Positions 1 through 19,098 of a stretch of DNA of 64,000 bases are shown one piece after another. The notes under the pieces are model-generated. The model saw only the letters and a program-made list of their open reading frames with translations, ran no database searches and had not been told where the DNA came from. Positions within the stretch are counted from its first letter, which is position 1; each line of letters starts with the position of its first letter. The DNA is from Eledone cirrhosa (Eukaryota): positions 58,218,001 to 58,282,000 of the forward strand of contig OZ024744.1 in the NCBI GenBank assembly GCA_964016885.1, given 5' to 3'. The position numbers were made by a program, and so were the translations under genes.

Positions 1-1696
1 ATTCATTAGCCCATATCCTGCCAAACAAAGAGTGAAGATGTTGCAGGAGTCTCTCACCACCATATTGTAGGAGCTCTGCATGTATGCCATCCATACCTGG
101 AGACCTTCCACTGTTCAGCTTCGAGATAACCACTGCAACCTCCACAAGCGTCGGAGGTTCTGCGAGAGCTACTTTCACAGGACTTTCTGGAATGAGATTG
201 AGGAAATCTTCATTGACAACAGACGGCTGATTCAAAAGCTCATGAAAGTGCTCTCGCCACCTTCGTAAAATTCCTTGTGAGTCCCGAAGAAGTTCTTTGC
301 CATCCTTGCTGCGAAGCGGTGTCACCAGAGAAGAAGACGGTCCATAAACTTCACGCAAGAGACTGTACAACAGCTTTGTGTTATTGGAATCAGCCTTCTC
401 ACTCCACCACTGATCCTTCATCTGAGAAAGACTCCGCCTAACACGTGATTTTACATCCCTGAGTTCCTCATGCAACGTATTCCTCTCCTGTGGTTTTGCT
501 GTCAAGTAGCGTGACAGAGCACACCTCTTATCAGCCAACAAGTCTTCTATATGTACATCAATCTCATTAAACCAGTCCTGATGTTTTCTCTGCACCAATC
601 CCAGAACACACCTGCCTACATCATAAACCGACTTTTTAAGGGTCGGCCAAGCCTCACCAAGAACTGCAACCTGCATCTCTTCTTCTAATGTCCTCTTCAC
701 ATTTTTATCCCTAAGACGAGCAGCATTCAATCTTCTGGGCAGAGCAACACCAGGAACCCGGATTTTACGTTTAGTGTTTAGTTTCACTTTTGCGCGTACC
801 AGGCGGTGGTCCGTCCAGCACTCAGCTCCACGAGGAGCACGAACACACTGCACATCCTGTCTGTCACGCATCCTGACTAGGACGTAGTCCAAAAGATGCC
901 ATTCCTTAGATGCAGGATGCATCCATGTGGTCTTGAGTTTGTTCTCTTGTTGGAACATGGTGTTGGTAACACACAGATCCAGCTCCTCACACATCTGCAG
1001 CAGGAGCATACCATTGCTGTTACACTTTCCCACCCCATGCCTTCCGATTACATTCCATGTGTTAAAATCCCTACCCACTCTAGCATTAAAGTCACCAAGC
1101 ACGATGACTTTGTCTGCCTGAGGGATATTTCTTAAAACACCTTTCAAGGCATGGTAAAAGGACACCTTTTCCTCATCGACAGAACTCATAGTTGGAGCAT
1201 ACACACTCACCAGGGTAGCATATCTTCCTTTGTCCAGCGGAACTCTCATGGACATACGACGCTCACTAATCCCTACTGGGAATTCTTCTAATTTGTTCAC
1301 AAGCACAGTCTTAACAGCAAATCCTACCCCAGCCTCTCTTCTGGTTCCTTCATCTCTTCCTTTCCAGAAAAATATATATTCTCCACACAATTCTGTAAGA
1401 CGACCATCTCCAGCTAACCTCGTCTCAGATAAAGCTACGTTGTCAAGAGCGTAACGTCGAAGCTCCTTTGCAACAAGAGCAGTTCTTCGTTCAGAACGCC
1501 CCAAGGAATCCCTGTCAAGCAGTGTCCGTACGTTCCAGCAGCCAAGACTAAATGCCTTGTTTGGCTCTATTACAGTGGCACGATGACGAGCGAGCCCAAG
1601 CTGTGATAACCTGGAGCCCCTGCCCTTATTGCCAATTATCTCTTTTGTTCCAGAACCCTTATTGCCAATTATCTCTTTTATATTGTTTTTGAACAT
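1..1696 (-). CDS. RTE LINE ORF (APE endonuclease-reverse transcriptase), N-terminal ~565 codons, open to the window edge
   Basis: ATG at 1696 (MFKNNIKEIIGNKG...) is in the same frame as ...LFGRIWANE at the window edge. It is absent from the ORF track, consistent with no stop before position 1. Confidence 0.8.
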   Translation of the reverse strand, partial: MFKNNIKEIIGNKGSGTKEIIGNKGRGSRLSQLGLARHRATVIEPNKAFSLGCWNVRTLLDRDSLGRSERRTALVAKELRRYALDNVALSETRLAGDGRLTELCGEYIFFWKGRDEGTRREAGVGFAVKTVLVNKLEEFPVGISERRMSMRVPLDKGRYATLVSVYAPTMSSVDEEKVSFYHALKGVLRNIPQADKVIVLGDFNARVGRDFNTWNVIGRHGVGKCNSNGMLLLQMCEELDLCVTNTMFQQENKLKTTWMHPASKEWHLLDYVLVRMRDRQDVQCVRAPRGAECWTDHRLVRAKVKLNTKRKIRVPGVALPRRLNAARLRDKNVKRTLEEEMQVAVLGEAWPTLKKSVYDVGRCVLGLVQRKHQDWFNEIDVHIEDLLADKRCALSRYLTAKPQERNTLHEELRDVKSRVRRSLSQMKDQWWSEKADSNNTKLLYSLLREVYGPSSSLVTPLRSKDGKELLRDSQGILRRWREHFHELLNQPSVVNEDFLNLIPESPVKVALAEPPTLVEVAVVISKLNSGRSPGMDGIHAELLQYGGERLLQHLHSLFGRIWANE

Positions 1697-2066
1697 TATT
1701 GAATTGGGGGGGGGGGGGTAATAATAATAGTGATTTCTTTATTTATTCCAATAATAATAGTAACAATAATAATAATACACTATTAATAATTAGTAATTAA
1801 TGCAATCGTGCAATGCCCGTGCGTGAAGAATATTTTTAAAGTGAGGAAAGACTGTGCACTGAGCCAATCCCAATCTCTCAGCGACAGTAGCTATAACCCG
1901 AAAAGAAGAAAAGATCAACATCATCGGTAACTACTGAGCCGCAGGTTTTATGTTGGAGTTAACCCAGTTTCCTGAGATGCCTTCTCCTAGAAGAATGCTG
2001 TGACAAGGCCTAGGGGTTCTAATTGCGCGATCGGGTATCCAGCCCGACTATTTCTATGTCCCCGCG

Positions 2067-2067
<1 letters not shown>
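1..2067 (-). mobile_element. RTE-clade (BovB-like) LINE, 5' part: 5' UTR plus APE endonuclease and start of RT region; continues off the window start
   Basis: Minus strand reads GCWNVRTL...VALSETRL...GVGFAV...VSVYAPT...LGDFNARVG...TTWMHP...HLLDYVLVR...TDHRLV (APE motifs), then ...RWREHFHELLN...SPGMDGIHAELLQYGG. The 5' UTR 1697-2067 contains CTAGGAGAAGG and abuts a TA/TACA microsatellite. Confidence 0.9.
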
Positions 2068-2097
<30 letters not shown>

Positions 2098-2116
2098 ACA
2101 TACATATATACATACA

Positions 2117-2570
2117 TGGTGGCTGCCAACTCGTTTTCGAGTACGGCCACTACTTTATATCCATGTAGGAAAACCCCTACCAATGCGCTGAACGAGTGTG
2201 ACTTTTCAGTCCAGCCAGCGACTTGAAAACTTTGGTACAAACACTACATTTGTGACAATTATTGACACATAGTGCTGGGCCCATGGTACCCTGTGACGAC
2301 AAGTGCAGAGAGATCTCCAGATATAAAGAAATGCCTGTGCTGTGAAGCTTTTATAGTGAGCAAAGGCACTGCACAAAGCCAGTCCCACTCTCTTAACCAA
2401 GATGATATTTACCAAAAAGAAGAACAATTCAACATCATTGGATACCATCAGGGTTGCAGGTGTTATATCAGAGTTTTCCTTCTCCTAGAATTCTGCCTTG
2501 ACAAAGGCTAAGGGGTCATCTCTCCCGGTGATTTTGGATGGCTATTGACTCTTAAGAGCCCCTTTGCCTT
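2117..2570 (-). mobile_element. Bipartite non-autonomous RTE derivative (5' UTR fused to the extreme 3' end)
   Basis: 2570-2300 is homologous to the neighbouring RTE 5' UTR (1840-2015) and contains TAGGAGAAGGAAAACTCTGA. 2260-2177 encodes a terminal C2H2-like finger CSVCTKVFKSLAGLKSHTRSAHW*. It ends in the stem-loop GTGGCCGTACTCGAAAACGAGTTGGCAGCCAC and a TGTA-type tail. Confidence 0.75.
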
Positions 2571-2763
2571 TACATACATATATACATATACACATACATA
2601 TATACATACATATATACATACATATATACATATATACATACAATATATATATATATACATATATATATATACATACATATAATATATATACATACATATA
2701 TATATACATACATATATATATATATACATAAATATATATACATACATATATATATATACATAC

Positions 2764-2794
<31 letters not shown>

Positions 2795-2813
2795 CATACA
2801 CATATATATATAC

Positions 2814-2848
<35 letters not shown>

Positions 2849-2925
2849 CATACATATATATATATACATACATATATATATATATATACATACATATATA
2901 TACATATATACATACATATATATAC

Positions 2926-2960
<35 letters not shown>

Positions 2961-2965
2961 CATAC

Positions 2966-2998
<33 letters not shown>

Positions 2999-3242
2999 CA
3001 TATATATATATACATATATATATATATACATACATATATATATATATACATACATATATATATATATATATACATACACATATATGTATATATATATACA
3101 TACATATATATATATATACATACACATATATATATATACATACACATATATATATATATATACATACATACATATATATATATACATACATATATATATA
3201 TATATACATACATATATATATAATACATACATACATATATAT

Positions 3243-3305
<63 letters not shown>

Positions 3306-3492
3306 CATACATATATATATATATATACATACATATATATATATATATACATACATACATACATATATATATATATATACATACATACATATATATATAC
3401 ATACATACATATATATATACATACATATATATATATATACATACATATATATATATACATATATATATATACATATATATATATATACATAC

Positions 3493-3523
<31 letters not shown>

Positions 3524-3528
3524 CATAC

Positions 3529-3559
<31 letters not shown>

Positions 3560-3576
3560 CATACATATATATATAC

Positions 3577-3643
<67 letters not shown>

Positions 3644-3669
3644 CACATATATATATATATATACTATAC

Positions 3670-3704
<35 letters not shown>

Positions 3705-3751
3705 CACATATATATATATATACACATATATATATATATATACTATACATA

Positions 3752-3787
<36 letters not shown>

Positions 3788-3879
3788 CATACATATATAT
3801 ATATATATACATACATATATATATATATACATACATATATATATATATACATACATATACATATATATATATACATAGA

Positions 3880-3917
<38 letters not shown>

Positions 3918-3922
3918 CATAC

Positions 3923-3955
<33 letters not shown>

Positions 3956-3972
3956 CATACATATATATATAC

Positions 3973-4003
<31 letters not shown>

Positions 4004-4008
4004 CATAC

Positions 4009-4039
<31 letters not shown>

Positions 4040-4072
4040 CATATATATATACATATATATATATATACATAC

Positions 4073-4103
<31 letters not shown>

Positions 4104-4104
4104 C

Positions 4105-4135
<31 letters not shown>

Positions 4136-4212
4136 CATACATATATATATATATACATACATATATATATACATATATATACATATATATATATATACAT
4201 ACATACATATAT

Positions 4213-4249
<37 letters not shown>

Positions 4250-4292
4250 CATACATATGTATATATATACATATATATATATATATACATAC

Positions 4293-4325
<33 letters not shown>

Positions 4326-4415
4326 CATACATATATATATATATACATACATATATATATATATACATACATATATATATATATATATACATACATATAT
4401 ATATATATACATACA

Positions 4416-4471
<56 letters not shown>

Positions 4472-4788
4472 CATACATATATATATATATACATACATAT
4501 ATATATATACATAAATATGTATGTATATATATATATACATACATATATATATATATACATACATATATATACATAAATATGTATGTATATATATATATAT
4601 ACATATATATATATACATACATACATATATATATATACATAAATATGTATGTATATATATATATACATATATATATATATACATACATATATATATGTAT
4701 ATATATATATACATATATATATATACATACATATATACATATATATATATACATACATATATACATATATATATATACATACATATAT
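2571..4788. repeat. Compound (TA)n/(TACA)n microsatellite
   Basis: About 2.2 kb of TA repeats interrupted by CA/TACA units; source of the Tyr/Ile pseudo-ORFs. Confidence 0.97.
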
Positions 4789-5401
4789 GACAAAGCATAA
4801 ATGAATTGAGAGAGAGACTGAGCATAAGAGGAATCAAATGCTGCGTGCAGGAGAGGCGGTTACGCTGGTATGGACATGTGATGCGTATGAAGGATGACAG
4901 CTGCATAAAAAGGTGCAGAGCACTAGAAGTTGATGGAAACCGCGGAGTGGGGAGACCCAAGATGACTTGGGATGAGGTGATAAAAGCCGACCTTACCCAA
5001 CTACACCTCTCAAAGTCAATGACACACGACCGTGACTTCTGGCGTCACGCAGTAATACGGGGTACCCGACCCCCCATGGGTACATGCTGAAGCATATAAA
5101 CAATATGCCCCCCCCCCCCCCCACCGCAAGGTGGGGGGGGGGGGCATATTGCGCAAAAAAGCACCCAGCCCACACTGTAAAGTGGACGTGTAGGCGCCAC
5201 GAAAAAGCACCCAGCACTCACTGTAAATGAGGTTGGTGTTAGGAAGGGCATCCAGCTGTAGAAATCAAGCCAGATCAGTTCCTGTATGAGCAAGGCATGG
5301 TCAGCCGACCAGACACTGCCCACAACAGGACAACCCGTCTAACCCATGCTAGCGTGGAAGAACGGACGTAAAACGGTGATGATGATGATGATGATGATGA
5401 T
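4789..5401 (+). mobile_element. 5'-truncated RTE LINE 3' end, family A, with (GAT)n tail
   Basis: [12 protein letters not shown]...GRPKMTW C-terminus; nearly identical to 26448-27054; ends in GATGATGAT repeats. Confidence 0.9.
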
Positions 5402-5443
5402 ATATACATATATATATATACATACATATATACATATATATAT

Positions 5444-5516
<73 letters not shown>

Positions 5517-5537
5517 CATATATATATATATACATAC

Positions 5538-5624
<87 letters not shown>

Positions 5625-5672
5625 GGGGAGGGTCATATTTGTGTAATATTGCCAGAATTAATAACAGAACAC

Positions 5673-5719
<47 letters not shown>

Positions 5720-5814
5720 CATATATATATATACATACATATATATATATACATACATATATATATATACATACATACATATATATATATACATACATAT
5801 ATATATATACATAC

Positions 5815-5847
<33 letters not shown>

Positions 5848-5906
5848 CATACATATATATATGCATACATATATACATACATATATACATACATATATAT
5901 ATATAC

Positions 5907-5939
<33 letters not shown>

Positions 5940-6027
5940 CATACATATATATATATACATACATATATATATACATACATATATATATACATACATATAT
6001 ATATACATACATATATATATACATACA

Positions 6028-6068
<41 letters not shown>

Positions 6069-6114
6069 ACATATATATATATACATATATATATACACAT
6101 ATATATATACATAC

Positions 6115-6209
<95 letters not shown>
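5402..6209. repeat. (TA)n/(TACA)n microsatellite containing a 53-bp copy (5621-5673) of 6210-6262
   Basis: Directly visible. Confidence 0.95.
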
Positions 6210-6698
6210 CATAGGGGAGGGTCATATTTGTGTAATATTGCCAGAATTAATAACAGAACACACTCACTGTTTGGTTGGTTTTCGCTTCTGTGTCTTTTAT
6301 ATCTGCGATCTAACTTACTCGGTCCTCAATGTTGCCATTGACTGACCGACGGTCAAAAATAATACAGATACAATATAGACACAAACACATATATATAGTT
6401 TACATAATTTACATAAATCTTTCGTTGCACATCTGCAACATCGTCAGTGGTGTTATATTTTTTCCTCCTGTTGTGTTGTATGTCTACGCCATTTTTTATT
6501 CAGCCTTTCTATATATTTATTTATTTATTTGCTTGTTTGTTTATTTTATTTTGTCTTCTTTGCGCATGCGTTTGCGTGTGTGTATAGTGTTATGTTTGCT
6601 GGGTGACTAGTGTGTGTTTATGTGCTTGTTGTTATTGTGCTTGTGTATGTATTTATTTATCTTATTTTATTTACTTATTTATACTTCTCTTAGGTCAG
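6210..6698 (-). mobile_element. 3' end of a Penelope-like element (same family as 27774-29149), cut by the assembly gap
   Basis: Collinear and similar to 27834-28334, including the last codons DLREV* of the GIY-YIG C-terminus. Confidence 0.8.
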
Positions 6699-6898
6699 NN
6701 NNNNNNNNNNNNNNNNNNNNNNNNNNNNNNNNNNNNNNNNNNNNNNNNNNNNNNNNNNNNNNNNNNNNNNNNNNNNNNNNNNNNNNNNNNNNNNNNNNNN
6801 NNNNNNNNNNNNNNNNNNNNNNNNNNNNNNNNNNNNNNNNNNNNNNNNNNNNNNNNNNNNNNNNNNNNNNNNNNNNNNNNNNNNNNNNNNNNNNNNNN
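6699..6898. other. Assembly gap (200 N)
   Basis: Run of N. Confidence 1.
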
Positions 6899-6900
6899 GG

Positions 6901-6945
6901 AACATTGAACTAGTTTCGTTGTTGTTACAACTCATCAGCAATATT
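6901..6945 (-). ncRNA. Minimal type I hammerhead ribozyme, copy 1
   Basis: Minus strand: AAUAUUG (stem I) CUGAUGA GUUGU-AACA-ACAAC (stem II) GAAA CUAG UU | CAAUGUU (stem I'). Stem III ACUAGU is palindromic; predicted cleavage after GUU, between 6908 and 6907. Confidence 0.85.
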
Positions 6946-7367
6946 TACCTATCTTCCGGCCTCTCTAGAGAATCGTAAAAGCACATATCGTTATATGCTT
7001 TTTCTATGAAAATTAGTAGTGGGCAGACTAATTTGCATAGAGTGTGAGTAAGTACCGGTTCAACGGAGACGATAAAAACAAATAACGAAACGAAATTAAA
7101 TTTCGTTTCGTTTGTAACTCACTTTTGTATGACTGACGCTTAAACAATTAAGTTAAAGATGTACATCCATATATGTATACTGAAATACTAGTATGTATAT
7201 GAATACACACACGTATACATATGTAGATGTACCAAGTTTTTTCACTGGTCACTTTACTGTGAGTGGCCAGCTATTCCGTATGTAAACACACAGACAAACC
7301 GGTTTTTAGAGTCATACTGGTTTTTGAGGAAACACCTTTCCTCTATTCTCCAGAAAGCCAGACAAGG

Positions 7368-7412
7368 AACATTGAACTAGTTTCGTTGTTGTTACAACTC
7401 ATCAGCAATATT
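7368..7412 (-). ncRNA. Minimal type I hammerhead ribozyme, copy 2
   Basis: Same sequence as 6901-6945. Confidence 0.85.
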
Positions 7413-7834
7413 TACCTATCTTCCGGCCTCTCTAGAGAATCGTAAAAGCACATATCGTTATATGCTTTTTCTATGAAAATTAGTAGTGGGCAGACTAATT
7501 TGCATAGAGTGTGAGTAAGTACCGGTTCAACGGAGACGATAAAAACAAATAACGAAACGAAATTAAATTTCGTTTCGTTTGTAACTCACTTTTGTATGAC
7601 TGACGCTTAAACAATTAAGTTAAAGATGTACATCCATATATGTATACTGAAATACTAGTATGTATATGAATACACACACGTATACATATGTAGATGTACC
7701 AAGTTTTTTCACTGGTCACTTTACTGTGAGTGGCCAGCTATTCCGTATGTAAACACACAGACAAACCGGTTTTTAGAGTCATACTGGTTTTTGAGGAAAC
7801 ACCTTTCCTCTATTCTCCAGAAAGCCAGACAAGG

Positions 7835-7879
7835 AACATTGAACTAGTTTCGTTGTTGTTACAACTCATCAGCAATATT
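7835..7879 (-). ncRNA. Minimal type I hammerhead ribozyme, copy 3
   Basis: Same sequence as 6901-6945. Confidence 0.85.
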
Positions 7880-8301
7880 TACCTATCTTCCGGCCTCTCT
7901 AGAGAATCGTAAAAGCACATATCGTTATATGCTTTTTCTATGAAAATTAGTAGTGGGCAGACTAATTTGCATAGAGTGTGAGTAAGTACCGGTTCAACGG
8001 AGACGATAAAAACAAATAACGAAACGAAATTAAATTTCGTTTCGTTTGTAACTCACTTTTGTATGACTGACGCTTAAACAATTAAGTTAAAGATGTACAT
8101 CCATATATGTATACTGAAATACTAGTATGTATATGAATACACACACGTATACATATGTAGATGTACCAAGTTTTTTCACTGGTCACTTTACTGTGAGTGG
8201 CCAGCTATTCCGTATGTAAACACACAGACAAACCGGTTTTTAGAGTCATACTGGTTTTTGAGGAAACACCTTTCCTCTATTCTCCAGAAAGCCAGACAAG
8301 G

Positions 8302-8346
8302 AACATTGAACTAGTTTCGTTGTTGTTACAACTCATCAGCAATATT
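8302..8346 (-). ncRNA. Minimal type I hammerhead ribozyme, copy 4
   Basis: Same sequence as 6901-6945. Confidence 0.85.
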
Positions 8347-8768
8347 TACCTATCTTCCGGCCTCTCTAGAGAATCGTAAAAGCACATATCGTTATATGCT
8401 TTTTCTATGAAAATTAGTAGTGGGCAGACTAATTTGCATAGAGTGTGAGTAAGTACCGGTTCAACGGAGACGATAAAAACAAATAACGAAACGAAATTAA
8501 ATTTCGTTTCGTTTGTAACTCACTTTTGTATGACTGACGCTTAAACAATTAAGTTAAAGATGTACATCCATATATGTATACTGAAATACTAGTATGTATA
8601 TGAATACACACACGTATACATATGTAGATGTACCAAGTTTTTTCACTGGTCACTTTACTGTGAGTGGCCAGCTATTCCGTATGTAAACACACAGACAAAC
8701 CGGTTTTTAGAGTCATACTGGTTTTTGAGGAAACACCTTTCCTCTATTCTCCAGAAAGCCAGACAAGG

Positions 8769-8813
8769 AACATTGAACTAGTTTCGTTGTTGTTACAACT
8801 CATCAGCAATATT
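8769..8813 (-). ncRNA. Minimal type I hammerhead ribozyme, copy 5
   Basis: Same sequence as 6901-6945. Confidence 0.85.
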
Positions 8814-9235
8814 TACCTATCTTCCGGCCTCTCTAGAGAATCGTAAAAGCACATATCGTTATATGCTTTTTCTATGAAAATTAGTAGTGGGCAGACTAAT
8901 TTGCATAGAGTGTGAGTAAGTACCGGTTCAACGGAGACGATAAAAACAAATAACGAAACGAAATTAAATTTCGTTTCGTTTGTAACTCACTTTTGTATGA
9001 CTGACGCTTAAACAATTAAGTTAAAGATGTACATCCATATATGTATACTGAAATACTAGTATGTATATGAATACACACACGTATACATATGTAGATGTAC
9101 CAAGTTTTTTCACTGGTCACTTTACTGTGAGTGGCCAGCTATTCCGTATGTAAACACACAGACAAACCGGTTTTTAGAGTCATACTGGTTTTTGAGGAAA
9201 CACCTTTCCTCTATTCTCCAGAAAGCCAGACAAGG

Positions 9236-9279
9236 AACATTGAACTAGTTCGTTGTTGTTACAACTCATCAGCAATATT
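9236..9279 (-). ncRNA. Hammerhead copy 6 with a 1-nt deletion in the GAAA core (defective or sequencing error)
   Basis: Plus strand reads ACTAGTTCG instead of ACTAGTTTCG. Confidence 0.7.
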
Positions 9280-9701
9280 TACCTATCTTCCGGCCTCTCT
9301 AGAGAATCGTAAAAGCACATATCGTTATATGCTTTTTCTATGAAAATTAGTAGTGGGCAGACTAATTTGCATAGAGTGTGAGTAAGTACCGGTTCAACGG
9401 AGACGATAAAAACAAATAACGAAACGAAATTAAATTTCGTTTCGTTTGTAACTCACTTTTGTATGACTGACGCTTAAACAATTAAGTTAAAGATGTACAT
9501 CCATATATGTATACTGAAATACTAGTATGTATATGAATACACACACGTATACATATGTAGATGTACCAAGTTTTTTCACTGGTCACTTTACTGTGAGTGG
9601 CCAGCTATTCCGTATGTAAACACACAGACAAACCGGTTTTTAGAGTCATACTGGTTTTTGAGGAAACACCTTTCCTCTATTCTCCAGAAAGCCAGACAAG
9701 G

Positions 9702-9746
9702 AACATTGAACTAGTTTCGTTGTTGTTACAACTCATCAGCAATATT
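9702..9746 (-). ncRNA. Minimal type I hammerhead ribozyme, copy 7
   Basis: Same sequence as 6901-6945. Confidence 0.85.
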
Positions 9747-10168
9747 TACCTATCTTCCGGCCTCTCTAGAGAATCGTAAAAGCACATATCGTTATATGCT
9801 TTTTCTATGAAAATTAGTAGTGGGCAGACTAATTTGCATAGAGTGTGAGTAAGTACCGGTTCAACGGAGACGATAAAAACAAATAACGAAACGAAATTAA
9901 ATTTCGTTTCGTTTGTAACTCACTTTTGTATGACTGACGCTTAAACAATTAAGTTAAAGATGTACATCCATATATGTATACTGAAATACTAGTATGTATA
10001 TGAATACACACACGTATACATATGTAGATGTACCAAGTTTTTTCACTGGTCACTTTACTGTGAGTGGCCAGCTATTCCGTATGTAAACACACAGACAAAC
10101 CGGTTTTTAGAGTCATACTGGTTTTTGAGGAAACACCTTTCCTCTATTCTCCAGAAAGCCAGACAAGG

Positions 10169-10213
10169 AACATTGAACTAGTTTCGTTGTTGTTACAACT
10201 CATCAGCAATATT
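10169..10213 (-). ncRNA. Minimal type I hammerhead ribozyme, copy 8
   Basis: Same sequence as 6901-6945. Confidence 0.85.
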
Positions 10214-10635
10214 TACCTATCTTCCGGCCTCTCTAGAGAATCGTAAAAGCACATATCGTTATATGCTTTTTCTATGAAAATTAGTAGTGGGCAGACTAAT
10301 TTGCATAGAGTGTGAGTAAGTACCGGTTCAACGGAGACGATAAAAACAAATAACGAAACGAAATTAAATTTCGTTTCGTTTGTAACTCACTTTTGTATGA
10401 CTGACGCTTAAACAATTAAGTTAAAGATGTACATCCATATATGTATACTGAAATACTAGTATGTATATGAATACACACACGTATACATATGTAGATGTAC
10501 CAAGTTTTTTCACTGGTCACTTTACTGTGAGTGGCCAGCTATTCCGTATGTAAACACACAGACAAACCGGTTTTTAGAGTCATACTGGTTTTTGAGGAAA
10601 CACCTTTCCTCTATTCTCCAGAAAGCCAGACAAGG

Positions 10636-10680
10636 AACATTGAACTAGTTTCGTTGTTGTTACAACTCATCAGCAATATT
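10636..10680 (-). ncRNA. Minimal type I hammerhead ribozyme, copy 9
   Basis: Same sequence as 6901-6945. Confidence 0.85.
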
Positions 10681-11016
10681 TACCTATCTTCCGGCCTCTC
10701 TAGAGAATCGTAAAAGCACATATCGTTATATGCTTTTTCTATGAAAATTAGTAGTGGGCAGACTAATTTGCATAGAGTGTGAGTAAGTACCGGTTCAACG
10801 GAGACGATAAAAACAAATAACGAAACGAAATTAAATTTCGTTTCGTTTGTAACTCACTTTTGTATGACTGACGCTTAAACAATTAAGTTAAAGATGTACA
10901 TCCATATATGTATACTGAAATACTAGTATGTATATGAATACACACACGTATACATATGTAGATGTACCAAGTTTTTTCACTGGTCACTTTACTGTGAGTG
11001 GCCAGCTATTCCGTAT

Positions 11017-19098
<8,082 letters not shown>

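Larger units (their letters stand above)
6899..11016 (-). repeat. Tandem array of a 467-bp structured non-coding unit with one hammerhead ribozyme per unit (candidate non-LTR retrozyme)
   Basis: Units start at 6899, 7366, 7833, 8300, 8767, 9234 (466 bp), 9700, 10167, 10634 and look identical apart from one 1-bp deletion. Each has several internal hairpins. The right end merges into (TA)n; the left end is lost in the gap. Confidence 0.9.

Noticed and set aside
7128-7160. Plus-strand hammerhead-like CTGACG-CTTAA-ACAA-TTAAG in the monomer
   Set aside because: Lacks CUGANGA and the GAAA core.
7263-7445. Repeated 60-aa ORF in each 467-bp unit
   Set aside because: GTG start, no recognisable motif, antisense to the ribozyme; repeated only because the unit is repeated.
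6899-11016. CRISPR array or 5S/tRNA/snRNA gene cluster
   Set aside because: No variable spacers and no recognisable 5S, tRNA or snRNA sequence; eukaryotic context.
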